Shown here piece after piece: positions 23,178-31,660 of a stretch of 64,000 nucleotides of DNA. Position numbers and translations under genes: made by a program. Position 1 is the stretch's first letter. Every line of letters starts with the position of its first letter. The notes under the pieces were generated by a model that saw only the letters and a program-made list of their open reading frames with translations, ran no database searches and was not told the origin of the DNA. The stretch spans positions 51,705 through 115,704 of the forward strand of contig MEKU01000001.1 of NCBI GenBank assembly GCA_001767195.1, written 5' to 3'. Origin of the DNA: Acidobacteria bacterium RIFCSPLOWO2_02_FULL_67_21. GTDB taxonomy: Bacteria > Acidobacteriota > Vicinamibacteria > Vicinamibacterales > UBA2999.

Positions 23178-24899
23178 TTAGATCGGATCGGCCCCCGTCT
23201 CCGCGAGCACCGACGGCTCCGGCCGGCGGATCATCGCGTGGAGGTCCGCGCCGGCGGGCACCATCGGATACACACTGTCTTCCTGCTCGACGCGGAAATC
23301 GATGATGACGGTGCCGTCGGCGGCCCGGGCGCGCTCGACGATGTCGCTGACGTGCGCGCGCGTCTCGACACGGTAGCCCTCAAGGCCGTGGGCTTCGGCC
23401 AGCTTGACGAAATCAGGGCTCCGCAGGGGCGTCGCCGCGTACCGGCGCTCGTAGAAGAACTCCTGCCACTGACGCACCATCCCCAGATAACCGTTGTTGA
23501 TGATGGCGACGTTGACCTTGACGCCTTCCTGCGCCGCGGTCGCCAGCTCCGCCTGCGTCATCTGGAAGCCGCCGTCTCCCACGACGGCCCAGACCTCCGC
23601 CTCGGGACGCGCCATCTTGGCGCCGATCGCCGCCGGCAGCGCAAATCCCATCGTGCCGAGACCGCCTGACGTGAGGAGCGATCGGGGCGTCTCGTGATGG
23701 TAGTACTGCGCCTCCCACATCTGATGCTGGCCGACGTCGGTGACGACCACGGCGTTGCCGCCGGTCAGCCGCCAGATGTCGTTGATCACGTGCGCGGCAT
23801 ACAGGTGCCCGTTGTCGGGGAGCTTCTGAATGTCCCTGACCGCAGCATCCCCCTTCATCGAGTGGATGTAGGCAATCCACTCCGCATGATCCGCCGCCTC
23901 GAGGCCCTCAAGCAGATCCTCCAGCGTCTCGCGCAGGTCGCCGACGATGGCGGCGTCCGCGCGGACGTTCTTGTTGATCTCCGACGGGTCGATGTCGACG
24001 TGGATCTTCCTGGCGTGCGGCGCATACGTCTTCGCATTGCCGGTGACGCGGTCATCGAAGCGCATCCCGAACGCCAGCAGCAGGTCGGCTTCCTGAATGG
24101 CGTGGTTGACCCACGCCTCGCCGTGCATTCCCATCATCCCGAGATTCAGCGGATGGCTGGCCGGCACGCCGCCGAGGCCGAGCAGCGTCATCGCGATCGG
24201 CGCATCGATCCGTTCGGCCAGCGCCAGCAGATCCCGGGTCGCGCCGCTCTGGATCACCCCCTGCCCGGCCAGAATCACGGGGCGCCGCGCCTGCCGAATC
24301 AGATCCGCCGCCGCGGCGATGTCCGCGCGCGTCACGGGACGGTTCGGACGATACCCGCGCAGTGTCACGCCCGCCGGGTCCCACGCCCACTCGGTCGAGG
24401 CCTGCTGCGCGTCCTTGGTGATATCGACCAGCACCGGGCCGGGCCGGCCCGACTTGGCCAGGTGAAAGGCCTCCTTGATCGCGGGCATGATGTCTTCGAC
24501 CCGCGTGACCAGATAGCTGTGCTTGGTGATCGGAAGCGTGATGCCGGTGATATCGGTTTCCTGAAACGCGTCGTATCCGATCAACTTGCCCGGCACCTGT
24601 CCGGTGATGCAGACGATCGGCGACGAGTCCATCATCGCGGTCGCGATGCCGGTGACCATGTTGGTCGCGCCAGGCCCCGACGTCGCCACGGCGACCCCCA
24701 CTCCACCACCGGCCCGGGCAAACCCGTCCGCCATGTGTGTCGCGCCCTGCTCGTGCCGCACGAGCACGTGACGGATCGGGTAGTCGAGCATCGCGTCATA
24801 GGCCGGCAGGATCGCGCCGCCCGGGTATCCGAAGACGGTATGCACCCCTTCGTGGACCAGGCATTCCCAGATAATCTGCGCACCGGTACGTTTCGGCAT
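23178..24899 (-). CDS. ilvB: acetolactate synthase large (catalytic) subunit
   Basis: ThDP enzyme. The internal ATG at 24899 gives MPKRTGAQIIWECLVHEGVHTVFGYPGGAILP..., a typical AHAS N-terminus. The ORF track start at 24935 is the alternative. Confidence 0.95.
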   Translation of the reverse strand: MPKRTGAQIIWECLVHEGVHTVFGYPGGAILPAYDAMLDYPIRHVLVRHEQGATHMADGFARAGGGVGVAVATSGPGATNMVTGIATAMMDSSPIVCITGQVPGKLIGYDAFQETDITGITLPITKHSYLVTRVEDIMPAIKEAFHLAKSGRPGPVLVDITKDAQQASTEWAWDPAGVTLRGYRPNRPVTRADIAAAADLIRQARRPVILAGQGVIQSGATRDLLALAERIDAPIAMTLLGLGGVPASHPLNLGMMGMHGEAWVNHAIQEADLLLAFGMRFDDRVTGNAKTYAPHARKIHVDIDPSEINKNVRADAAIVGDLRETLEDLLEGLEAADHAEWIAYIHSMKGDAAVRDIQKLPDNGHLYAAHVINDIWRLTGGNAVVVTDVGQHQMWEAQYYHHETPRSLLTSGGLGTMGFALPAAIGAKMARPEAEVWAVVGDGGFQMTQAELATAAQEGVKVNVAIINNGYLGMVRQWQEFFYERRYAATPLRSPDFVKLAEAHGLEGYRVETRAHVSDIVERARAADGTVIIDFRVEQEDSVYPMVPAGADLHAMIRRPEPSVLAETGADPI

Positions 24900-25022
24900 G
24901 CTCGCCAGTCTGCCGCATGGCGGCTCATCAGTCAAATTGATAGTTGTTCAATAACAATAAGCGCTATTAATGCCGACCTCTGGCGCGATCCTTGAATGTC
25001 ACGACCGGGAGAGGTACCAATC

Positions 25023-25880
25023 ATGACGAAATTCTTGGCCGTGGCCGCTCTGGCCAGCGCATCGTTGCTGGGCGCCTGCGGCGGGCGGACACCCGAGGAG
25101 CCGCAAAATACTGAGGAAAACAGGGCTGCCGCCCCCGCGGCGCCGCCGGCGGACTACCAGGCGCCACCCGCCCCCTCGCCGGCCGCGCGGGCGCCCGAGG
25201 TGTCCCCGCGCCGGGACGGCTCGACCGCAGCGCGTCCCGCGCCGACGACCGGCAACCGTACACTCCGGGAAGAATCGCCCACCCCGAGCGCCGGCGCCGA
25301 GGCGCCGCCCGCCCGCGCCGCCGCCCCGCCACCGCCGCCACCCGCTGCGCCGCAGTGGCGCGAAGTCACGGTTCCGGTGGGCACGGCGCTGCCCCTGGAG
25401 CTGATGACGGCAGTGTCGTCCGAGACCGCACAAATTGAGACGCCGGTTCGCGCCCGGCTGCGTCAGGCGCTGGTCGTGGGCGGCTATACGGCGTTGCCCG
25501 CCGGCGCGATCTTCAGCGGGACGGTCGTCGACGTCGTGCGCGCGGGACGGGTACAGGGCCGGTCACGCCTCGCCATCCGCTTCAACGAGGTGGCCTTCGA
25601 TAACGGACGCGAGGACATTCGCACCAATCCGATCGCCTTTGAAGGCGACGCGACCCGGGGTGAGGACGCCACCAAGGTCGGTGCGGGAGCCGTCGGCGGC
25701 GCCATCATCGGCGGGATCATCGGCGGCGGCGACGGGGCCGCCAAAGGCGCGGCGATCGGCGGCGCCGCCGGCACCGGCGTCGTCCTCGCGACGCGCGGGC
25801 GAGAAGTACAGCTCGCCAGCGGCGCGGACATCGCGGCCACGCTGGCCAGCCCGTTCACGGTGCGGGCGCCCGTCCGGTAA
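25023..25880 (+). CDS. hypothetical lipoprotein with Pro/Ala-rich linker and C-terminal glycine-zipper
   Basis: ATG at 25023 gives MTKFLAVAALASASLLGAC (lipobox). This is followed by a low-complexity PA-rich region and a C-terminal GAGAVGGAIIGGIIGGGDGAAKGAAIGGAAGTG glycine zipper. Confidence 0.6.
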   Translation: MTKFLAVAALASASLLGACGGRTPEEPQNTEENRAAAPAAPPADYQAPPAPSPAARAPEVSPRRDGSTAARPAPTTGNRTLREESPTPSAGAEAPPARAAAPPPPPPAAPQWREVTVPVGTALPLELMTAVSSETAQIETPVRARLRQALVVGGYTALPAGAIFSGTVVDVVRAGRVQGRSRLAIRFNEVAFDNGREDIRTNPIAFEGDATRGEDATKVGAGAVGGAIIGGIIGGGDGAAKGAAIGGAAGTGVVLATRGREVQLASGADIAATLASPFTVRAPVR

Positions 25881-25883
25881 GCC

Positions 25884-26114
25884 TCACTCGCGCGTGGGCT
25901 TCTCGACTGCCTCAGGCACCGCGGCCTCCGCCGCCTGGAAGCCCCGCTTCGAGTGCAGCCCGTCGCAAAACGGCTTGGTCGTCGAGGCGCCGCACCGGCA
26001 CAGTGCAACCGGGCGGCGCCCGATTGTGTACGCGGCACCGTTCCAGTCGACAATCTGCACCTCGTCACTCTCGATCACGTAGGGGCCGTTCTTCCGAAGC
26101 CGGATCGTGATCAT
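25884..26114 (-). CDS. CDGSH iron-sulfur domain protein
   Basis: CRCGASTTKPFCDGLH matches the CDGSH 2Fe-2S motif. The likely start is MITIRLRKNGPY at 26114; the ORF track start is 26126. Confidence 0.8.
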   Translation of the reverse strand: MITIRLRKNGPYVIESDEVQIVDWNGAAYTIGRRPVALCRCGASTTKPFCDGLHSKRGFQAAEAAVPEAVEKPTRE

Positions 26115-26130
26115 CTGACACCTCACTCGA

Positions 26131-26502
26131 TCAAAGCGTGGATGGATTCCGGCCGATCGCGATGATGCTGCACGCGGCGATGACGTTCAGTTTCAGCCGC
26201 CTGGCCTCGGCAAGCAACTCGGGACTCTCCGCTCCCGGATTGACCCAGACCTCGGGGATGGCCTTGCCCGCAATCCCCGGAAGCAGCTCCAGGCCGACGT
26301 CGGGCGGCACGTAGAGCGTGGCGATATCGATCGCCTCCGGCACGTCGCCGACCGACGGATACGCGAGGAGTCCTTCCACCGACGTCTCGCGCGGGTTGAT
26401 CGGGATGACGCGGTAGCCTTCCGCCCGATAGGCGCGAACCGCCTTGTTGCCGAACTTCTCACGATCGTTCGACGCGCCGATGACGGCGACGACCTTGGCC
26501 AT
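26131..26502 (-). CDS. CoA-binding domain protein (YccU/YneT-like)
   Basis: 123 aa. MAKVVAVIGASNDREKFGNKAVRAYRAEGYRVIPINP is typical of small CoA-binding Rossmann-fold proteins. Confidence 0.85.
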   Translation of the reverse strand: MAKVVAVIGASNDREKFGNKAVRAYRAEGYRVIPINPRETSVEGLLAYPSVGDVPEAIDIATLYVPPDVGLELLPGIAGKAIPEVWVNPGAESPELLAEARRLKLNVIAACSIIAIGRNPSTL

Positions 26503-26538
26503 GACCCATTCTAGTTGGCAGCGACGTCCTGAACGCGC

Positions 26539-26769
26539 ATGCGCCTCTGGCGGCCCGGCAGCAGGACTATAATGCTCCGAGTGTTACTCTGGGTGTGGCT
26601 GCTGATATCGGTGGCGTGGTTCGCGATCAACGCCCTCCTCCTCGACCGGTACGATGCCAACTTCTGGTTCGTTGCAGGCCTCCCGTTCTGGATTGGCTTG
26701 CTCTTCTTCCTCGGGGCGCGCGCCACGCTGGGGGGTTGGAGAAAGCCCCCCGATCACTCGGAATACTGA
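26539..26769 (+). CDS. hypothetical small membrane protein (2 TM)
   Basis: 76 aa with two hydrophobic helices (LRVLLWVWLLISVAWFAINALLL and FWFVAGLPFWIGLLFFLGA). No family recognised. Local GC is lower than the surroundings. Confidence 0.4.
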   Translation: MRLWRPGSRTIMLRVLLWVWLLISVAWFAINALLLDRYDANFWFVAGLPFWIGLLFFLGARATLGGWRKPPDHSEY

Positions 26770-26811
26770 ATTCGGGGCTGACAAACCAAGCGCCGCCTCC
26801 GACCGGACGCG

Positions 26812-27252
26812 GTGCCACGGTGCGTGAAGATGTTCCGCAGAAAAACAAGAATCCTGATCGTGGGCGACCGCGGGCCCGTCCTGGAATGGCTCCAGGGCCG
26901 GATCGATATCTTCTGGCCGCCTGAGATCCCGGTGAAGACCCTCGCGATGTACTGTGCATGGGGCAACGAGGCCATCGAAGCCATCAAGGAGTATCAACCA
27001 GACATCCTTCTTCTCAACCATGTATTCAGACAGGATGAAGGTGCGGCCCGAGAGGTCGCGCGCTGGATCGACGAGGATTATTCGGCCCCCTTTGTCGTTG
27101 CCGTGTATTCCGATCAGCCTGAGGAAGACGTCCGCACGTTCTTCGCAGGCGCTAGGTGCGTCACGTACTTCATCTGCGGCGATCGCCTCAGGGATTTCGT
27201 CGAGTACTGCATCAGCAGGCGGACTGCCGACGGCACCGATGTCGACGCGTGA
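26812..27252 (+). CDS. CheY-like pseudo-receiver domain protein
   Basis: Receiver-like beta/alpha pattern (RILIVGD ... DILLLNHVF ... VVAVYSD ...). Asn (27016-27018) sits where the phospho-acceptor Asp is expected. The true start may be the ATG at 26830. The stop overlaps the GT39 start (TGATG). Confidence 0.5.
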   Translation: MPRCVKMFRRKTRILIVGDRGPVLEWLQGRIDIFWPPEIPVKTLAMYCAWGNEAIEAIKEYQPDILLLNHVFRQDEGAAREVARWIDEDYSAPFVVAVYSDQPEEDVRTFFAGARCVTYFICGDRLRDFVEYCISRRTADGTDVDA

Positions 27253-28895
27253 TGGCCAGCGACCAACTACAATGGCCCGCGGTGCGTCGCCCGGTCTTCT
27301 CCCTGCTGCTCCTGTCGTCGCTGACGTTCTTCCTTGGCCTGGGGCGCCAGGCGATCAGCGATTCGGATGAGGCGTTCTACGCGGAAGCGGCGCGCGAGAT
27401 GGTGGAGAGCGGCGACTGGCTCACGCCGCATTTCAACTACCAGGACCGCTGGCAGAAGCCGGTGCTCTACTACTGGCTGACGGCCGGCACGTATCTCACC
27501 GCGGGGACGTCCGAGTCGACGGCCAGATGGTGGTCGGCGCTCGGCGGCATGGCGCTCGTCCTCCTCACGTGGGCGGCGGCCCGGCGAATGGGACGGCCCG
27601 AGGCGGCGTGGCTGGCGGGCGCGATCGTCGCGACCTGTTACGGCTGCTTTGCCATGGCCCGGCTCGCGCTGCCGGATCTGCCGCTCGCGTTCCTGGTCAC
27701 CCTGACCATCTGGTCCGCATTCGAAGGGCGATGGCTCGTCGCAGGCGCCGCCGCCGGGCTCGGCCTTCTCATGAAGGGCCCGGTGGCCCTCGCGCTGCCC
27801 GCGCTCGTCCTTCTTCCGGTGTGGTGGCGTGAGCATCGGCTGCGCGCCCTTCCCCTCCGCGAGCTGGCGCTCGCCGGCCTCGTCTGCGCCCTCGTCGGCG
27901 TCCCGTGGTACGCCGCCATGACGCTCGAGCACGGGACGGCGTACCTTCAGAGCTTCTTCGTCGCCGACAATCTCGAGCGCTTCGCCACGGATCGTTTCAA
28001 CGACCCGCGCCCGATCTGGTTCTACCTGCCGATCGTGCTCGGCGGGATGTTGCCGTGGACGATGTACATGGCGATCCTGCCCTGGCGCTCGGTGCGCGGC
28101 GTGGCTCGCCGCGCGCGCGCGCTGACGCCATCGGAATGGCGGCTGCTGGCGTGGGCCGGAATCCCCCTGTTGTTCTTCACACTGTCGATCGGCAAGCAGC
28201 CTCGATACGTCCTGCCTGTGCTGCCGCCGCTCGCCGTGCTGGTTGCGGGCATGATTGCCGCGCGCGTTCACGGTCCGGCGCACGCGCGGATCTCGCTTCG
28301 GGCCGCCACATGGGCGACGGCTGCGCTCTATGCCGTGCTTGCGATTCTGCTCCTTCGGGCCGAGCCGCTGTTTGTCAGTGCGTCTCCCGGGCTCACCAGG
28401 GCGAGCATCGCCATCATCGCGGCCTCGGCCCTCGTCCTGGCGGCGCTGGGGCTGGCCGCAGCCTGGCGATGGCTTCCCGCGACGCTGGCGGCCTGTTCGG
28501 CCGCGCTCCTCCTCTCCCTGCAGTTCGGGGCGCTCGCGGGCGTCCGCCCCGAACCGGTGGAACAGATGGCCGCGGCCGTTCACCGCCATCGCCACTCCGG
28601 CGAATCGGTCGGGGCGTACCAGGTGTTCGTGCGGAATCTGATCTTCTACACGCGGCTTCCGCAGGCGAATCTCTACGACGAGGCGCGCGCGCTCGACTTC
28701 CTCCGCTCGCCGCAGCGGGTGCTGCTCGTCGTGCGGGCCGCGGATGTGCCCAGGCTCGAGGCGATCTCGGGCGTCGCGACGACGCGGCTGGCCGAGGTCA
28801 CCTATCTCGATCCGGCAAACGTCCGTCTGCGAACGCTGCTCGCGCCGATCCCGGATCAGGACCTGGACCGGGTGGTGCTCGTCACCAACAGATAA
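27252..28895 (+). CDS. glycosyltransferase family 39 (ArnT / PMT-like, polyprenyl-phosphate-sugar dependent)
   Basis: ATG at 27252 in the frame of ORF 27156..28895. N-terminal motif SDSDEAFYAEAAREMVESGDWLTPHFNYQDRWQKPVLYYW, at least 10 TM segments, and a soluble C-terminal domain. Confidence 0.85.
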   Translation: MASDQLQWPAVRRPVFSLLLLSSLTFFLGLGRQAISDSDEAFYAEAAREMVESGDWLTPHFNYQDRWQKPVLYYWLTAGTYLTAGTSESTARWWSALGGMALVLLTWAAARRMGRPEAAWLAGAIVATCYGCFAMARLALPDLPLAFLVTLTIWSAFEGRWLVAGAAAGLGLLMKGPVALALPALVLLPVWWREHRLRALPLRELALAGLVCALVGVPWYAAMTLEHGTAYLQSFFVADNLERFATDRFNDPRPIWFYLPIVLGGMLPWTMYMAILPWRSVRGVARRARALTPSEWRLLAWAGIPLLFFTLSIGKQPRYVLPVLPPLAVLVAGMIAARVHGPAHARISLRAATWATAALYAVLAILLLRAEPLFVSASPGLTRASIAIIAASALVLAALGLAAAWRWLPATLAACSAALLLSLQFGALAGVRPEPVEQMAAAVHRHRHSGESVGAYQVFVRNLIFYTRLPQANLYDEARALDFLRSPQRVLLVVRAADVPRLEAISGVATTRLAEVTYLDPANVRLRTLLAPIPDQDLDRVVLVTNR

Positions 28896-28897
28896 GA

Positions 28898-29028
28898 GGT
28901 GCGATCAAGACACCGAGTCGGTGCAATTCGCACCGGTTCTCGTCAGTGCAATCGCACCGATGTTCGTCGGTGCGATCGCACCGATGTTCGTCAGTGCGAT
29001 CGCACCGAATGCCATTCGTGGTCGCACC
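28898..29028. repeat. tandem array of ~24-nt hairpin units with GCGATCGC core
   Basis: Five to six head-to-tail units, e.g. GTGCGATCGCACCGATGTTCGTC at 28970 and a one-mismatch copy (GTGCAATCGCACC...) at 28946. Each carries the palindrome GGTGCGATCGCACC or a degenerate copy. There are no spacers. The array lies between convergent stops (TAA 28895, TAG 29030). Confidence 0.85.
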
Positions 29029-29029
29029 C

Positions 29030-30421
29030 CTACGGAAAGATCTTCCCAGGGTTCAGGATGCCGTGCGGGTCGAACGCCTGCTTGATCCGCTTCATCAGCG
29101 CAATCTCGTCCGGTGAGAGCTCGATCCCGATATAGGGCGCCTTCGCAAACCCGATCCCGTGCTCGCCGCTGATCGACCCTTCGAGCGCGACGACCTGCTC
29201 GAAGAGCTGTCGCTCGGCAGTCCTGGCGCGCGCCCGCTCGCCGGCGTCACCGGGCGTCACCAGCAGGTTGACGTGAATGTTGCCGTCGCCGGCGTGGCCG
29301 AAGGCCGCAATGCGAAGGCCGAATTGCCCGCGCAGCGTCTCCACGATGCCGAAGAGCTCCGGGATACGGCCGCGTGGCACCACCACGTCATGGTTGATCT
29401 TCTGAAGCCCGGTGGCGCGCAGCGCAAGCGAGACCAGCCGCCGGGCGCTCCACAGCCGCTCGCGCTCCTCGTCGCCCGCGGCCAGCGTCACCGCCGTCGC
29501 CCCGGCCTCCCGGCACGCGTGGGCAGCCTGTTCGATCTCCGCGTCGACGGCGGCTCCGGGACCGTCCGCTTCGACAATCAGCATCGCGCCGGTGCCGGGC
29601 GGGGCGATCGGCTCGCCCAGGTGTTCCGCCACCGCCTCGAGCGACTCGGCGTCGATCAACTCCAGCGTGGCAGCGACGACTCGCCGGCGGATCAGCGCGG
29701 TCACCGCGTCGACGGCGGCCTGCACGTCGGCAAAGGTCGCCCGCAGGGTGGCGCGGGCGGGAGGCCTGGGGATCAGCCGGAGGGTGATCTTCGTGATGAT
29801 CGCGAGCGTTCCTTCAGACCCGATGAGCAACTGCAGCACGTCGTAGCCGACGACGTTCTTGACCGCCTTGGATCCGAGCTCGAGCACCTCGCCGCCGGGC
29901 AGCACGACCTCGAGCGCCAGCACGTAGCGGCGGGTCGTCCCGTACTTGAAGCCGCGCGGCCCGCCCGCGCACTCGGCCACGTTGCCGCCGATCGACGAGA
30001 TCTCGAGGCTGGCCGGGTCTGGCGGGTAGAAGAGCCCCACGCGTTCGACCGCGCGCTGCAGGTCGGCGGTGATCACGCCGGGCTCGACCACCGCGAGCAG
30101 ATTGGCCTCGTCCACCTCGAGGATGCGGTTGAACCGCTCCATCGACAGGACCACGCCGCCCCGTGTCGGCACCGCGCCGCCGGTATAACCCGTGCCGGCG
30201 CCGCGAACGACGAGCGGCACGCGGTGCTCGTCGCAGACGCGCGCCACCGCGGAGATCTCGCTCGTCGTGGCGGGGATGACCACCAGGTCCGGCGGGTGCC
30301 CGATGCCGAGCGCATCCTGGCCGTAGCGCTCGAAGGAGGCGGCGTCCGTGCGCACGTGCTCGCGGCCGACGATCTCGGTCAGCAGGCGGACAATGGGGTC
30401 GGGAGTCGACCCCATTGTCAC
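29030..30421 (-). CDS. FAD-linked oxidase (glycolate oxidase GlcD / D-lactate dehydrogenase family)
   Basis: 463 aa with an FAD_binding_4 N-terminal domain (VVIPATTSEISAVARVCDEHRVPLVVRGAGTGYTGG) and a C-terminal GEHGIG...KQAFDPHGILNPGKIFP. Confidence 0.9.
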   Translation of the reverse strand: MTMGSTPDPIVRLLTEIVGREHVRTDAASFERYGQDALGIGHPPDLVVIPATTSEISAVARVCDEHRVPLVVRGAGTGYTGGAVPTRGGVVLSMERFNRILEVDEANLLAVVEPGVITADLQRAVERVGLFYPPDPASLEISSIGGNVAECAGGPRGFKYGTTRRYVLALEVVLPGGEVLELGSKAVKNVVGYDVLQLLIGSEGTLAIITKITLRLIPRPPARATLRATFADVQAAVDAVTALIRRRVVAATLELIDAESLEAVAEHLGEPIAPPGTGAMLIVEADGPGAAVDAEIEQAAHACREAGATAVTLAAGDEERERLWSARRLVSLALRATGLQKINHDVVVPRGRIPELFGIVETLRGQFGLRIAAFGHAGDGNIHVNLLVTPGDAGERARARTAERQLFEQVVALEGSISGEHGIGFAKAPYIGIELSPDEIALMKRIKQAFDPHGILNPGKIFP

Positions 30422-31608
30422 GCCCGGACGGGCTGGAGCGACTCGGCGAAGCGCAGGATCCGGGTGGCGCCCTCGCGGAGGTCCTCCATCGACGCCGCGT
30501 AGGAGATGCGCAGGTAGCCGGGCGCGTCGAATCCTTCGCCCGCCGTGACCGCCACGTGCTCCTTCTCGAGCAGCGCCTGCGCGAAGTCCGCGGATGTGCC
30601 GATGCCCTCGGGCGAGAGCAGCCCCGAAATATCCGGGAACAGATAGAACGCCCCGCGCGGCTTCACGCAGCGGATCGCCGGATGCGCCGTCAGCCAGGCA
30701 TGGATGTTGTCGCGCCGCTCACGATATTCGTTGAGCATCGCTGTGACCGTATCCTGCGGGCCGCCAATGGCAGCGAGCGCCGCCTTCTGCGTGATCGACG
30801 CGATATTCGACGTCGTCTGCCCCTGGATCGTATTGAACGCCCCGGTGAGCGCCTTCGGCGCGATCGTCCAGCCGCAGCGCCAGCCGGTCATCGCATACGA
30901 CTTCGACGCCGAGCCCGCGAGGACGGTACGGTCGCGATGGCGATCGAACAGCAGCTTCGGCAGATTGTGCGGCACCTGTTCGTAAATCAGCTGCTCGTAG
31001 CAGAGATCGACGACGATCCAGATGCCGCGCTTCGCCGCCGCGTCGACAATCGGGCTGAGCGCCGCCTCGTCCACCATCGCGCCGGTCGGATTGCAGGGCG
31101 AGTTGATGATGACGGCCTTGGTGCGCGGCGTCATGGCCGCAATCACGGCCTCGGGGTCGACCGTGAAGCCTTCATCGGACCGCGTCTGCACGATGACCGG
31201 CGTGGCGCCCACCAGCTTGACCTGCTCCGGGATGGTCGGCCAGTACGGCGCGTGGGTAATGACCTCGTCGCCGGGATCGAAGAGCGCGAGCGCCGTGTTG
31301 AAGAGCGCCTGCTTCCCTCCGGCCGTCACGAGCACTTCGGCCGCTGCGATCTCCACCCCGTACTGGCGCCCGTACCGCGCGCAGATCGCCTCGCGCAGCT
31401 CCGGAATGCCCGCCGCGGCGGTGTACCGCGTGAAATTGGCGTCGATGGCCGCCTTGCCAGCCGCCTTGACGTGCTCGGGGGTCGGGAAGTCTGGCTCTCC
31501 GGCCGTGAAGTCAACCACCTTGATGCCGGCGCGCCGAAGCCGTTCGGCTTCCGCCGCGGCCTTGAGCGTGGCCGACGCCGAGACCTGCGCGAGACGTTGT
31601 GCGAACAT
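30418..31608 (-). CDS. class I pyridoxal-phosphate aminotransferase (aspartate aminotransferase-like)
   Basis: 396 aa with typical blocks (VVDFTAGEPDFPTP, INSPCNPTGA, SASKSYAMTGWRCGW with the PLP lysine). It overlaps the next gene by 4 nt. Confidence 0.92.
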   Translation of the reverse strand: MFAQRLAQVSASATLKAAAEAERLRRAGIKVVDFTAGEPDFPTPEHVKAAGKAAIDANFTRYTAAAGIPELREAICARYGRQYGVEIAAAEVLVTAGGKQALFNTALALFDPGDEVITHAPYWPTIPEQVKLVGATPVIVQTRSDEGFTVDPEAVIAAMTPRTKAVIINSPCNPTGAMVDEAALSPIVDAAAKRGIWIVVDLCYEQLIYEQVPHNLPKLLFDRHRDRTVLAGSASKSYAMTGWRCGWTIAPKALTGAFNTIQGQTTSNIASITQKAALAAIGGPQDTVTAMLNEYRERRDNIHAWLTAHPAIRCVKPRGAFYLFPDISGLLSPEGIGTSADFAQALLEKEHVAVTAGEGFDAPGYLRISYAASMEDLREGATRILRFAESLQPVRA

Positions 31609-31617
31609 GCGTGCTCC

Positions 31618-31660
31618 CTGCCTACTGCCTGCTGCCTACTGCCTGCTGCCTGCTGCTGCC
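31618..31660. repeat. one-armed 7-nt-periodic array (word CTGCCTA/CTGCCTG)
   Basis: CTGCCTA CTGCCTG CTGCCTA CTGCCTG CTGCCTG CTGCTGCC. Same word as 16628-16696, but I see no inverted partner. It contains the coaD stop and its last codons. Confidence 0.8.

Noticed and set aside
24900-25022. An ilv attenuator / leader peptide or T-box in the AT-rich region upstream of ilvB.
   Set aside because: There is no short ORF rich in Val/Leu/Ile, no terminator/antiterminator pair and no T-box specifier structure. The AT-rich tract is more simply a divergent promoter region.
26503-27110. A GC-poorer patch as a horizontally acquired islet.
   Set aside because: It is only a few hundred bp long. It has no flanking direct repeats, tRNA, integrase or transposase, and the flanking genes are ordinary. 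This is noted as context in a finding but is not called a mobile element.
28898-29028. A possible CRISPR array, because of regularly spaced ~24-nt repeats.
   Set aside because: The units abut each other with no unique spacers, there are only about 5-6 degenerate copies, and no cas genes or leader are present. It is a tandem hairpin repeat, not CRISPR.
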